NCBI GenBank assembly: GCA_030295235.1
Contig: AP026123.1
Location: forward strand, 1 to 64,000
Direction of reading: 5' to 3'
Length of the DNA stretch: 64,000 nt
Source of the DNA: Fistulifera solaris
Lineage: Eukaryota
Each line of letters opens with the position of its first letter. Position 1 is the stretch's first letter. This document shows, piece by piece, positions 34,377 to 46,879 of this stretch. The notes below the pieces were generated by a model. It saw only the letters and a list, made by a program, of their open reading frames with translations, made no database searches and had not been told where the DNA came from. The translations under genes and the position numbers were made by a program.

Positions 34377-34954
34377 TTCGCTCGAACCAACCCTTTATCC
34401 TGCATACGCATACATACACTGTACATGCTTTATACGTTTGCACATTCTTGGGGTTGGTTACATCTGGGTGGCAGGGGCTTGAGAGACAAAAGGTTATAAC
34501 TATTTTTGAAAAGACATAAATTCATACACACGAGGCTATGATTGTTTGATCTCCATGCTCTTTAATACATGGATGTTTCCCGCGCTGGGAAGGTGTAAAT
34601 CTTCTGTACTTGTATTATTTAATGAACAATTAAATTTATATTATTTGAATTCGATTAGATCTTTGTCAAGTTAGAGAGGTGGAAGCAAGGAATAAGACGG
34701 TAGCTTTCGTTTTTCGTTTCACGAACTGAGACACGTAAGCATCAAATAAGCGTACGCTGACAGACCTTCGCGCGCTCGGGGCGCAGAAAATTCTGTGCAT
34801 CCGGGTTCCGGGGTTCCAGATAGCGAATTGCGATGCGAGGCCACGACAAAAAAAAGAGAAAGATTGTTGCATTTATCATTGATGAAATGATAGTAGCATT
34901 GCATTAATATCTTCTTTGTTTTTGTTTAAACCCAACGATTCAGCTCTTTGAACT

Positions 34955-36099
34955 ATGAGTAGCAACGATCTTCTTCTAAGTGCTGCGCAAAAGAATCAAC
35001 CCGATCGAATTCGCCAATTAGTTGAGCAACAAGGCGTCCCGGTAAATCATTCGAACGCTGTTGGGCAATCTGCGCTACACATTGCTTGTTTGTGGGGACA
35101 TGGTACGTACGAATGACTCTCCTATGTATCCATTGATTTATTCGTACATGTATCTACTGTCGAGAAGCTAAATGTCGTGCATTATCTCACTTGTTATCCT
35201 CTCTACTCTGACTACGTTGCGACGATTCTATAGTCGAAGCTGTAACAGCACTTCTGGAGCTAGGAGCACCGGTAAATGCGCAAAATCGGCTGGGAAATTC
35301 GACACCGATGCATATGGCGGTCGCCGGAAGAAATCCCGAGACCATTGGGCCGGTTCTCGACTTGCTTTTGCAATACGGGGCCGATGTGAACATTACAGAT
35401 GTACAAGGACAGTTGCCCTTTGAATTGTGTCCTCCGCATGCCGAGTGGAGAGATAAAGTAGCACCTGCACCGCCGTTATGGTACAGCGCCCTTCAGAGAG
35501 TCGACTTGGAGGCTTTTCGTTCATCGTGTAAGGATGATGCGGATCAGCTCGGTGCACCAGAGAAATGGCAATTCCGAGGACATTCGGTAGCGGATTGCAT
35601 GTTTCAAGTCTTTGTTGAAAATGAATTTGATGAGTCGTCTGTTGTTTTTCCCTTTGTAGCATTTTGGTTCAATCAACAATACACGCATAACATTTCAAAC
35701 GACGAAGAGTCGTTCTTTTCACAATATATTCAGCAGCGACGCCCACGTCATCCAGAATTGGTGAAATTATTGCAACCGCATTTTCCTTCTGATTTGTGGC
35801 AGTGGCTGCATCGCAGTGCGCGCAAAAACGATTTGGCGACAGTTCAGTACTGCATTGATGTCTTACACGTCGACCCGAACTTACAGGGACGACAAGGCAT
35901 GACAGCCCTACAATTTGCGGCGAGATCGGGACAAATGCAAGTATTGCATTATTTGCTCAATCTTCCCAACATTGACGTCAACATTACCGATGATCGAGGC
36001 CAGACTCCGCTGGACGCGGCACGTAGTAATCATCGTCAAGAAGCGGTGGCTGCTATCGAGCATAAGCTAGGCCTTGCATCTAGTATCGACGAGCAATAG
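34955..36099 (+). CDS. Ankyrin repeat protein; intron 35103-35233
   Basis: GQSALHIACLWGH|VEAV joins in frame across GTACGT..TAG. Further repeats TPMHMA, GMTALQFAARSG and GQTPLDAA. Confidence 0.9.
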
Positions 36100-36819
36100 A
36101 AAGGGGATAGATCACTGGGACTTCGATTGTGGCTCAAAGCCAACGTGGGATGACAATCTACAATTGCGCGAGTATTTGTAGACCTTCAGGGAGTATTCAA
36201 GATGTAGATCATCCGTAGTCTAGACCATGTGTTATCTGTCTCGATCTCCTCACTCGATCAGTCCTTTTGTGTACTTTACCCTATGGTGATAGCTAGCTGA
36301 GGTGTAACACGACATTCTTGTATCGCTGGCTAAGATGACCTTTTGTCTAGTTTGTTTTCGTCGCATAAGAAAACGTCAATACATGCTGACTATCGTACGG
36401 AGTATGAACGTAGCACCACAAAGTAGTTTGTGAGCAGATACTTTTCTTTGCTTGGCTCCTGTCAGTGCAATTCTCTCGTTCCTTAGGTCTACTTGCACCC
36501 AGGAACTGGATCGCCTTAGCTCGTTTAGTTTCTATTTGATGAGTCGCCTCACCAAAGTCTTTTGTGTCTCGTCGTCATAAGACTGAGAGCCAAGACTGGG
36601 AGCCAAGACTGAGATCTTGCGTAGTATCTTTTACAATAGCTGAATTAGTACCGAATCAGTCGTTTGGAATGACCGTAAGTTGAAAAAATAATGACCCTGC
36701 CGATCCGAGAAATAAAACAAAAAGCGAGAGGCTAAAATCTTTCTTTCATTCTATTCTTTCAGTCGTCTCTTGACTTGTATCGTCACAAACACGACAACAG
36801 CAAACAAAACGCACTCAAA

Positions 36820-37623
36820 ATGGCCACTACAGCAGAAGACGAAGAAGCAAAACGCCTAATGGGTGAATGGGGTCTCGACAAAGAGGACGTTCAAGTCGAC
36901 GATGTCCCCGACGAAGATGATGACATTCACAATTTTGACGATTATATGGAGCAGTACCGCCGAGAAGACTGTGTTCCTCATGATGACGAGCTTGATCACA
37001 TTATTCTAGGCACTAACAATTTGGAAGAAGCTCTGAAGCAGTTCTACGAAATGACTGATCTCAAACCGATCATGGTCGTTTCGCTAAAAGGCGTAGGCAC
37101 AAAGAGTGCTCGCCTTGCATTCGAGTCTTGTCAGTTCTTGGAGATTATGGGCCCGGATCCGGCGCACATGGGAATGCCTCTAGCCAAGAAACTTGCGGCT
37201 CTTCCCGACGGAGAACTGGTGCCCTTTCATTACGCCATTCGCTCGAAAGACAAGATGAAGGCCGAAATCTGGAAGGAATGTGACTTGACGTGCGACAAAG
37301 TCACAATGGTCTCTCAAGATCGAGGATCGGCATGGACGTGGACCATGGCTATCCTAGAAGGACATGATCAAGGTGGTCTTGTTCCCTACTTGGTTGACTG
37401 GGGTGAGTCGAAACATGCGGCAGCTCGATTGCCGGTCATCGGTTCGTTAGACTCTCTCAAGGTCACAAGTGGCTCCGATAGTCCTGTTCACACACTCTTG
37501 GACGGTATCGGACGTGTGACGGTAGCTACAGGTGAATCTTCCTTGGAAGTCACTTTCACCAGTGCCAAAGGAAAGCATACCTTCAAAACACTTGTTCCGG
37601 GAGGAATTGAATTTCCCAAGTAA
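36820..37623 (+). CDS. Glyoxalase-like (VOC, Glyoxalase_3-type) domain protein with acidic N-terminus
   Basis: LDHIILGTNNLEEA, GVGTKSARL, FLEIMGPDP and LVPYLVDWG motifs. Confidence 0.8.
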   Translation: MATTAEDEEAKRLMGEWGLDKEDVQVDDVPDEDDDIHNFDDYMEQYRREDCVPHDDELDHIILGTNNLEEALKQFYEMTDLKPIMVVSLKGVGTKSARLAFESCQFLEIMGPDPAHMGMPLAKKLAALPDGELVPFHYAIRSKDKMKAEIWKECDLTCDKVTMVSQDRGSAWTWTMAILEGHDQGGLVPYLVDWGESKHAAARLPVIGSLDSLKVTSGSDSPVHTLLDGIGRVTVATGESSLEVTFTSAKGKHTFKTLVPGGIEFPK

Positions 37624-38026
37624 GTCAGGCAAGAAGACAGCGTAAGAACATTAAAATAGGTATATTTGTATTGTGAAAGTAAACGAAACGTCATTACACG
37701 TATAAAGATTTCCTATTGAATGTTTTGTGCGTTATGTTACAACGACTATTAGAATTTTCCTGTCTTTGGACTGGACAAAGAGGAGGATATCCACGAACCA
37801 TCGAGTTTGTGACGGTTGTTGCATGCAAACCATCATAGTATTCACGTTTCGACTCCCCATCTACAACTTACAGATTACTTAGACTTAGGATTACGCGAAA
37901 CCAGAAGTTCAAGCCATGGTACAAGCGCAACAATCTATCTATCAAGTTTTAAATCACAACATTCACTGGCGAGTCACGTTGCTGCTCATCCGATTCTTTT
38001 GCTTGAATCGTTGACAAGATTCTCTT

Positions 38027-38963
38027 TTAAAAGTTTGACACAGAGTCACGGCCCACTGGGATTTGTATGAGTGGACTTAGCATGACAGAGCTCACATCGG
38101 TCGTGGAGCAATTCTCCAAACGTGTCATAGCGAATGGCTTATTTTGAACTTTCGAGGGAGATGGAGTGCCAGTGCTAGTGCTAGTCGATTTTCTTCGATC
38201 CTGTCCATTTGTTGCGTGATGGTGGTAATTGGGTGCATATTGTGCATTTAGAATAGACCGCTCTTCGTCGTCATCTTCCTCATTGTTTTGGTTTTCACCG
38301 GTCGATCGTTTCGTGTTTTTCGGATTACATAACAGATCGATAACTAATGGGTGCTCTCCAAGCTTCTTTGCTACCATCCAGTGTTCCAGCGCTTCCGTCG
38401 TCTCCGTCATGATTGTCATCGAATCGAATACTTGATCAACGATTTTGTATAGTTGTCGGACGGTGAATGTCTCGTCTCCGAAATAGGCCGCGGTCGCGCA
38501 AATACCTGAAGTGAAGAAAACAAATGAGCGATCGAATGAGTATACTCTCAGCACCTTAAAGCTTTCTGCGGATATGGAACGTACTTCTGAGGATTAGAAC
38601 TGTTTCCTGAGATGTGACGGCATCATTCGTATCGATGATTGCGAAGCAAAACTGTAACACTTGTTCCATTGATTCACCGGGGCAGCACAAGGGCGCCAAT
38701 GATAGACTGTAATCCAAGCAAGGTACTTTCCCATCTCCTTTGAGATCCCACATGGTACAAAGCAGTGTCAGAATGTCTCTGTCTGTGACGGAAGTGATCT
38801 TCGCATGCTGTAAGGCAGCATGAAAGTGATTTCGTGAAAAGCATCGCGTCCCACGCGCCAACTGTTTACAAGCTATGTGTAAATCCATGACTTGTCGCTT
38901 GGTGAGTCGCATGTATTTGGCGACATGCGGCGTTGCCAATTGACTGGAATGGTTGTTTCCCAT
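38027..38963 (-). CDS. EF-hand (calcineurin B/NCS-like) protein, possibly N-myristoylated; intron 38506-38584
   Basis: MGNNHS start, WDLKGDGKVP loop and CFAIIDTN. A GTACGT..TTCAG intron joins ILRS|ICATAAYFGD in frame. Confidence 0.75.
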
Positions 38964-39465
38964 TATGATAATGTTTTATACAATGGTGATATAAAGCTGC
39001 CGTGTGCTCGTTCACTGTTTACGATCTCTTACAAAACGAACTTTAATGATGTTTGCTGTTTGTTGACTATCGTGTTTTGGTTCGCGATGCTGTTCAACTA
39101 CGGAGAATACATTTCTTTCGAACGATTATGATGGAATGTAAAGAACGTGAAAAAGTGTGCGTTTGCAGCTCAACGGCTTGCAACAAAAATGTTCGAAGAA
39201 ACTGTGTCGAAGGCGTCATGATCCGGTACTCATCCTTATAGAGAGGTGTACTGTCGAGCTACCAGGTATCGTTGGGCGTGTCTTCAACGTATGTCGTCTA
39301 CATGAAAACCTATAGTGAAGCGGAGTGTAAAGGGCCCAGTGCATACGACACAGCACACGACTAACTAACGGCAACGACTCGTGACTAGTGATCGGAAAGA
39401 ATGAGCCTGTCGTCTGTCCGTGGTCCACACTCAATCAAATCTACTCGCCGTATCATTATTTATCA

Positions 39466-39664
39466 CTAGCCGCCTTCGGCGTCTAGCCCCTGCAGGGCTT
39501 TTTTCGTTCTCGCCCTTCCCGCAAGCGGGGGGCTCGATCCCCGGGGATAGCGTCAAACCCGTGATTCAGACACCCGGGACCAGCGTTACGTTACGTTACG
39601 TGACACACACACACACACACACACGGACACAGCGCGCTATTATAAATAGACTATTATAAATAGA
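39466..39664 (-). mobile_element. Non-autonomous mini-Helitron, copy 2
   Basis: Reverse complement of 14287-14464 with a few differences. The 5' TCTATTTATAATAG is tandemly duplicated; inserted at an A|T site within ATTTATC repeats. Confidence 0.8.
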
Positions 39665-39753
39665 TTTATCATTTATCATCTATCATCTCTTATTTGCAAA
39701 GCAGCCTTCATTCCTTTTATTCTCTTTTGTTGTTATATTCGTCAGCTGTAAAA

Positions 39754-40152
39754 ATGCTCACTTCTCTAGCCTTAGCGTGCAAAACCGTGCAACGAAATGC
39801 GCTAAATAGATCACAACAGCCACAACAACTCCTACAACAGCAACAAGTTCGATTCATGGCAACCAAGAAAGCCGGAGGTTCGACAAACAACGGCCGCGAT
39901 TCAGCTGGTCGACGTCTTGGTATTAAAGTCTGGCCCAATACGTCGTGTCAAGCAGGAGCCATTCTTGTACGACAACGCGGACAAACCTTTCGAGCGGGCG
40001 ACAATGTAGGAATGGGGCGCGATCACACGCTCTTCGCAAAAGTAGCCGGACGGGTTCATATGACAAAAATGATTAGTAATCGCAACGAAAAGCGTAATGT
40101 GGTGCATATTATTCCAGCGGAAACGTTGGGAACAGCGAACGCTGTTGTGTAA
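39754..40152 (+). CDS. MRPL27: Mitochondrial ribosomal protein bL27m
   Basis: [32 protein letters not shown] and [10 protein letters not shown], after a presequence-like N-terminus. Confidence 0.93.
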   Translation: MLTSLALACKTVQRNALNRSQQPQQLLQQQQVRFMATKKAGGSTNNGRDSAGRRLGIKVWPNTSCQAGAILVRQRGQTFRAGDNVGMGRDHTLFAKVAGRVHMTKMISNRNEKRNVVHIIPAETLGTANAVV

Positions 40153-40335
40153 GAAGAGAAGACTACAAGATTATAAATCTCATTTTTTTATCGTTATCAA
40201 CAAAATATGAATATCTACTGATTCTCAATTACAAACTAGCTTTCAAAGTTACGAAGGAAGTACGCGTCCATCGCCTTTGTTCGCGGGCGGGAGCGGCTGA
40301 AACGTACTGCTTGTAATAAAGTTGCGAAGTCCTCA

Positions 40336-41810
40336 TTACATGAACATGTTCGAGTTAAAAGAATTCGGGGGTTCCAAGTGATCTGGATTGGGTTCGCCCG
40401 GAAACTGTTTGCGATTACTTCCACGTCCTCGAGGATCCCCTTCTGGGGGTCGTTGTCGTCGAGGGTCGCCCACTACAGGCCCGAATGGGTCAAAGCGGGG
40501 TTGCATCGACATGGCACCGTGGCCGCCATTCTCTTGAAACATTGGATGATCAGGGCCCATGAGATTGCCAGGGTAAATATTCCGCATCGGAAATTGTGGA
40601 CTGGGGTACAGATCACCAGCAAAATCACCAGGATGATGAGGCACTGGCGGACTGAGATGAAACGTCGGACGTCCGTCCGGACCTATCGTTTCGAAGCTGG
40701 TCGCGTCTCCGGCAGTGGCGCCGTGTGTGTAGGAAGAGGCAGCGGCACGGACTGCCGAGTGGGTAAAAAAGCGACCGTACTATCAACGTAAGGCTCCTTC
40801 TCTATGTTCTCCGTCTTGTACTGTCCCAAATCAAAAACGCTCCCAAACTGCGACAACAAATCAGCTACTTGCTTGTAATGCAAGATAGGTTCACTCGGTT
40901 TCGTAGCCCTGGCAAATGAATCTAGATTGAAATGTTGGGACAGCGGAAAGGATAAGGTGGGTGCGTCTTGCGTAGCACTATCATTTTGCTGTTGGGCTCT
41001 TGCGACAATATAACATGCAACGTGGGCTCCTGACTTGATTCGGTGGGCTGATTCTCTTGTCGTACCGTCAAAAAGAAAAACTCGATCGTTTCGATAACGC
41101 AATGTAATTTGATCTTTGTTGGGGACCCAAGGCTGCGGAAGAAACGTCGTTAAAGGGCGTACCGGAGCCGCAAATCCAGTCGTAGGCGCGGTCTCTGGGA
41201 TCCCGGTGCAAACAAAGCCATGTTGCAACAGCACGGCATGCAACAAAAGCGTCATAGCTTCCAGTGGCTCTGTAACACGAACACGTTGCTCCGCAAGAGT
41301 AGCAAACGAAGCCTGTGTCATTTCTTTCCCCCAAGCCGTTGTTGTCATTCCGCGTGCACTACCAATATCATTACCCGTCTCATTCTCATTTGAATCTGCA
41401 ATTACGTCTTCCCAGTCGTCCATGTTTTCGTCGTCGTTCGTGTAATCTGCGGAACGCATAAAAGAAGAATCTTTGTTTAAATCAGATAACAAAGGAACGC
41501 GTTTCTCTTGTTCGTTGATATCGATGCTGTCGCCGTTTAAATGATTGAATTCGTCCGTCAAGGCAGTTGTTGACGCAATCGCCGATGTCTTCGCGTCCTG
41601 TTGCTGAAATTTCTGCTGTAACACACGATCTCTAGCACGCTGACGCAATTCACGATCGATTCCTTGCAAAGCCGCAGCAATCGCCGGGTTCTCTTCGTTC
41701 TTGTTGCTTTGATTGCTGAACAAAGGGCACTTTAAAATGTAATCTCTGAGCAAATAGAAGTCCCTGTCTTCTTCATTCGTGCTATCGCTGTTGTTAAAGT
41801 TGTTTGTCAT
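40336..41810 (-). CDS. PSMF1: Proteasome inhibitor PI31-like protein (frameshifted)
   Basis: FP-domain-like LLLHAVLLQHGFVCTG. Pro-rich tail GNLMGPDHP, RFDPFGP and GEPNPDHLEPP, ending NMFM. Confidence 0.85.
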
Positions 41811-42630
41811 GTTGTTCTCTTTAATTAAAGGAATCCTTTTCAAGAAGAACGAGATGAATGAATGCATGAGAAAATTTGCGAATGTGCCTGTACCATCAGT
41901 ACTGGAGTCTACGTAAAAGGCGGTTTTATAAAAAATGTTGATGAGAACTGTCATGAACAAGATCTCTCGTAGGGGTCGGGGTATTCTAAATAGGTCCAGG
42001 GGAATCAAACAAGTACCTTGTACGAGCCCATGCCTGCACGAAATGATCTTATAATCTCGATGAATGCTTCTTCAATTGAATTTCAGACCAATTTCCAGGC
42101 AGTCTCGCTCGCCCGTTATTAGTACAGCTCCAACTGTAGACTGTAGGTCTAGCGTTACCACGACTGCTTTTAGTCATGAGTCAGTCAACAACGTTTCGGA
42201 AGTCGGAAATACGATGAATTCAGCCTCACTGTAAGTCCCATCTAATTCCTTACATTGCTTACTTCCGATGAGCACAATCATTATTGTTCTTTTACAATAA
42301 ATTCGTAGAGGGTGATGGCGAGAATTGGTGCCAACCAGACTGTTCTAACGATCACTATAGCGCCAAGTTAAGCTCAACTTTAACAAGACTGCAGTTCAGT
42401 CATGAGTCATGTTAATTACACACCGAGCAAAATAAAAACTGCGATAGCTACGTGTCGTCCTTGATCGCTTTAGCTTGTATCGCATTTTCCTCTTGCACTG
42501 CCAAGTACAACTGCAAAATAGAAAATGCCAACAAAATCTTTCTTTCGTTGCGCCAGTAATGGTTCGGAATACAGAAACTTACAACATTATTATTATTTGG
42601 GCTCCGTCACGTAAACTCGAAATGAAGTTT

Positions 42631-44130
42631 TCAGAGATGCAGCAACTCCGTTAACTGGTTTTGAATCCATTTCAGGATCGCTGCTGATGTCATTTGACCT
42701 GTATACAAGACCGGTCTTCGTTCTTTTGACAACACCAGATACAACGTCGGTGTTACTTCTACTTCAAAGCCGGCCTCTTCCATGGCAGGAGTAGGCTGAT
42801 CCACTGTAATGTCATACCGTGCTACCTGTATATTGTGATTTAGACCCCAGTCTTCACCGTGCTTCGCACCACTAACAACTTGTTCCATTGTTGGCGCAAA
42901 GTCTTGACATGCACCACACAACGGTGAATAAAATTCCAACAACAGCACGTTTGAAAGGGCCTCTATAACATCGAAAAATGTATCTGCCGTCAATTCGTAA
43001 TCGCATTCCAAACAGTCAATCGTCGGCAATTCGAACGCCACATTCTGGTGAACGGCTTCTTGTCTCATTGTTTCCAGTTTTTCCAGATGATGATGCATCC
43101 CACATTCTGTTTGATTTAAACCCACAAAACGTCCACTCCGTTCAGCCGCTGTACTCGCAACCGCTCGTGTCGTCATTGTATCCCCAATGCTTTTGTATCC
43201 CCGATCATGTAGTGGATTGTACGGGACATCGTGTTCGTGCAAATAGCTCCAGACTTGTTCGTAGGTCCAATCGGCCATCAAGTTTATTTTTAGTCGCTTG
43301 GGTCTGTCGGAAGCATCTTCTTGATCGAATTTCTCCCATTCTACAAATTGTAGTTGACTCCGTTCATCTCCTTGGTCACGACGTCGTCCCGTGAACCAAA
43401 CATGTGCCTGTAATTCGTCCAAAGCTCGTTGCAAGGGCTCCACTTTTGAATGAAAAGCGTATTTTTCAGGGTCGGTGCGATACAAATCATTACCGCCGTA
43501 GTATGCATCGAAAGCTTGTCGTGTGGGAGTTGCACTGCCCGGCACCTTGGGCGTAAAAACACGCAAATCCAGTTCTGGATAATGCTCTTGTACGGTATCG
43601 TAGAACTGATAAGTTTCCGGGAAAAGATGCAAGGTATCAATCGTTACAACGGTGATCAGCGATAACACATTCATTTGCGCCATGACATCAAGTAAGACCA
43701 TTCCGGTAGACCCAAGACTAGTGACTGAGATTACTTTGTGCTGTGGTTGTTGCTCGTAAACCCAGTAACTCAGTCGCTCTTGTAAGGAAAGAGGCGATAG
43801 ATAGTCATTGAGTTGTTGCAGCGTTTCAGAAGAAGGCGGAAAGGGAATTAGCAGAGGAGCTTTTCGTTGAGAAATCCTTGAAAAAGGTGTAGGAATTTGT
43901 ATCAGTCGAGCGGCGAGAAAAGGTAAGAAAAAGAAAGCAAACAAAATCCCTCTCGTCAATCGTCGCCGGCGTTGATAAAATATGCACAATCGCTGATAGA
44001 AAATGATTACGACCGAAAGTCGTTGAGATGCGTGGTGAATGCTTTGAATGTGATGATGATGCTGTTGTTGATTGTAATTATTCATTCTTGTGGTTTGCGA
44101 ATATTGATAGTGCTGTCTCGGATGCTTCAT
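42631..44130 (-). CDS. Membrane-anchored PAPS reductase (MET16/CysH type) fused to a C-terminal thioredoxin domain
   Basis: IDTLHLFPETY, KVEPL, TGRRRDQG, VPYNPLHDRGYKSIGD, ERSGR and catalytic ECGMH. Trx motif EFYSPLCGAC. Hydrophobic helix at about aa 61-78. Confidence 0.88.
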   Translation of the reverse strand: MKHPRQHYQYSQTTRMNNYNQQQHHHHIQSIHHASQRLSVVIIFYQRLCIFYQRRRRLTRGILFAFFFLPFLAARLIQIPTPFSRISQRKAPLLIPFPPSSETLQQLNDYLSPLSLQERLSYWVYEQQPQHKVISVTSLGSTGMVLLDVMAQMNVLSLITVVTIDTLHLFPETYQFYDTVQEHYPELDLRVFTPKVPGSATPTRQAFDAYYGGNDLYRTDPEKYAFHSKVEPLQRALDELQAHVWFTGRRRDQGDERSQLQFVEWEKFDQEDASDRPKRLKINLMADWTYEQVWSYLHEHDVPYNPLHDRGYKSIGDTMTTRAVASTAAERSGRFVGLNQTECGMHHHLEKLETMRQEAVHQNVAFELPTIDCLECDYELTADTFFDVIEALSNVLLLEFYSPLCGACQDFAPTMEQVVSGAKHGEDWGLNHNIQVARYDITVDQPTPAMEEAGFEVEVTPTLYLVLSKERRPVLYTGQMTSAAILKWIQNQLTELLHL

Positions 44131-44696
44131 TGCATTTACTCCGTTACATGAGAAAAAATCGACGACAGTTTATAACAAGAAGACAGGCAATTCTGAGCTT
44201 CTAACGCTTGAATTCAAATCTGAGTTCCTCCGTAGTCTAAATTTGCAAGCGAAAAAGGTACTACACAGGAGGAAGATAGAATAGAATGGGGAAAGGTGCA
44301 ATAAACCAATGCAATAGGAATGCGATTCTTGAATGAAAAGGGCGTCTCGCGTGCGACGATGTCGCCGAGGGCCGAGGGAAATAACTTACCGGTGTAGGGA
44401 AGACCCGGATGTTTTCAATCCCTATCCGCACGACCTAGTCTAGCTATACCAAGCGACTAAGCCTACCAAGCAGCTAACATCGACATAAACAGAAGCCCAA
44501 CGCAACTTCCACGTAGTCTCTGTAGGCACTTTGTTGGTCTGAGTGTTACTTATATCTTATAAAGCCAGCATTTTTTGGAATTCAACCTATCGTCCATCAT
44601 CAGTTGGTGCTAGTTACTGGCTACTAGCATCTTTATTCATGCTATAATTTCGTGAATGTATGATTCTACTATGATTTGGTTAGGGTGTCGATTAGC

Positions 44697-45806
44697 TTAC
44701 ACTCGCTGCTTCGACTTGAATGTTAACATTTCATCGCCAATTTCAGAATAGCCGTGGTCGTACAAGGGATTGTAAGGAATACGGTTGGTTCTCACATAGT
44801 TCCATATCTGCGCATTCGTCCAGTGTGCCAACGGATTGATCTTCAGTCGACCCGCATTGTCTAGTTCGAAACAACGCAATTCTCCATTTCGTGTGGTTTC
44901 ACGTGTGTCAGCCGTCAGATACACTGGCACATTCTCCAATGCCCGTTCCAGCGGTTCTGTAATAGTCAAATAGTCATATTGCGGTCGATCTTTTCTCCAA
45001 ATATTTCCAAAGTGTCTATCGAAAGCTTGTTTTTCGGTGAATCCAGCCGGTTGGTAGAACTGATAGCTCACATCTTTGTAATAATTTTGAATTCGTTGAA
45101 TCAAGTGGTAGGTTTCAGCGAATTGGTGCAAAGAGTCCATGGAAACGATGGGAAGGAGCAACTCGTGCTGGTGTGTTTCTGCCAGCAGAACCATACCGTG
45201 CACGGTGAATTGATTCCACTGAACAACATTGTACGTCTGCTGTCTTAGCCACTCGAGGATACTAGCTGTCGCACTATTCATTGCGGCATCTTCATTCGTA
45301 TTACCGGGACACAATTGCTCATTTAGCATATCTAAATCTTGTATCGTGGGTGGCATATTGTGAAGGGGTTTGTAGCGTCTCAAGTTCGAAGAAGAGGGGG
45401 CCGTTAGGGAAGTCTTGAACTTGGCCTGCGTAGAATTACTGTTCAATAACATGACCTTCCGATCCCAACGTAGGAATAAGACAGTCGGGACGATCAAACA
45501 TACCATCAAGAACAGTCCACGAGTGAGACAAGAGGGCAGAAGAGGTTGAGACTCGCAGGGGTAGCGAATTGGTTTGCGAGGGCGAGTACCCCGACGTAAG
45601 GTAGTTGTCACCAAACCATCCGTAGATGTCGTGCGAACAACACTACTACGGTTACAAGTACCGTTGATATTGTTACCGATGATGCTATTGTGACTACTGC
45701 TTTTTGGGCTGGGATGAGGACTTTGATGCAAGGGTAACAAAGCCGGTTCTCTGCGAGAATTCGGTCCCCAAGAGACATTTCGCTTCACGGGGCTTGTCAC
45801 TTGCAT
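44697..45806 (-). CDS. Membrane-anchored, degenerate PAPS-reductase-like protein lacking ECG
   Basis: MDSLHQFAETY, YDYLTITEPLERAL, LKINPLAHWT and IPYNPLYDHGYSEIGD. Stops before ERxGR/ECG. TM LFLMVCLIVPTVLFL. Confidence 0.8.
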   Translation of the reverse strand: MQVTSPVKRNVSWGPNSRREPALLPLHQSPHPSPKSSSHNSIIGNNINGTCNRSSVVRTTSTDGLVTTTLRRGTRPRKPIRYPCESQPLLPSCLTRGLFLMVCLIVPTVLFLRWDRKVMLLNSNSTQAKFKTSLTAPSSSNLRRYKPLHNMPPTIQDLDMLNEQLCPGNTNEDAAMNSATASILEWLRQQTYNVVQWNQFTVHGMVLLAETHQHELLLPIVSMDSLHQFAETYHLIQRIQNYYKDVSYQFYQPAGFTEKQAFDRHFGNIWRKDRPQYDYLTITEPLERALENVPVYLTADTRETTRNGELRCFELDNAGRLKINPLAHWTNAQIWNYVRTNRIPYNPLYDHGYSEIGDEMLTFKSKQRV

Positions 45807-46879
45807 GGTGATGAAAAAGAATAGGACACTTCGATGTCTTTGTGCACGGCGATTCTTTCCCTCGACTTTATTTGTTGTAGAGAAAGAGAGACAGTGCTCT
45901 CGCTCCTAGCTATCACGAGCAACGGTTACTTTGCTATTCTCAGAAATTCTTTGCTAGCTTCAATGACCTTGTTGTTGCGCGCTCGTATGGCTTATTCGCT
46001 CTCTTTGCGCTTGCTTTCAACTGTAAAAGATACAAGAATGGATTGCAAAGCAATTTGGATAGTATAGCTTGTCTTCCCTTGATTCATCGGCGAAAGTGCG
46101 ATGGTGTTTTTGCAACGAGGTGCACTTTGTGGCATCCAAGACTTCGATGCTTCGATGGCATCTCATGGGCATCTTATCGATGACTTTTTGAACTATCAGC
46201 TGTCTGGTGTCTTTTCGCAGCCGCTACGACACGTAAAGATACAATATTATGTATTCATCGTTTGTAGTATAGCAGTTACGTAGTATGTGAAGAATTGTCA
46301 GATCCGTTCCTACACTAAAGCTTGTAATAAAGTGGGAATGAGAAAAAGAGAAAGAAGAGGGTTCCGCATTTCAGGAAAATTAGGAATAAATATTTAACAA
46401 TAAAGAAAGAAGAGGGCAATTGTGACTTACTACAATGACTGCTAAGGTTAATGACAACACCTCGTGACTCGTGACTCGCAACTCGCAACCCGAAGGGCTC
46501 GACAAATAAAAAATTTGGTGCGGTCTTCACAAATTGCGGATCTCGTCCGTTCCGCTGCTTTGCTAAAAAATAATAAAGATGAACTGGTAAAGAAGAACAT
46601 TTGCATACTTTGTAATCATTCATGTCCCTGGACGCATCATAAAAAGTGTAGAGAGAGCTTCCGCAAACCTAAGTCTTCATTGTTTTCAACATCAAAGGCA
46701 TCATTTTCAATTCGTGATGTCGAGAAAATGCAGGCCTTGAAAAATTGTAAGCTCGTTGTGTAACAAAAGGCGAAAAGATCTGGTTACATAGAGTTAAATT
46801 TGTAAAAGAATAGTCGACGTCATGGGCGCTCAGTCCAATTGCGTTGAGAACGGGTCCACTAACAGCCTTGTATTTCTTT

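Noticed and set aside
36579..36614. 13-bp repeat AAGACTG(A/G)GAGCC, about 3 copies
   Set aside because: An ordinary short tandem duplication with no further structure.
39466..39664. tRNA gene or tRNA-derived SINE (B-box-like GGCTCGATCCC, CA tail)
   Set aside because: No cloverleaf or A box, a T6 run lies upstream of the B-box-like motif, and there is no TSD. The TC/CTAG ends fit a Helitron better.
44375..44410. Possible inverted third copy of the satellite boundary (ATCCGGGTCTTCCCT on the minus strand)
   Set aside because: Similarity fades after about 15 nt and cannot be told from chance.
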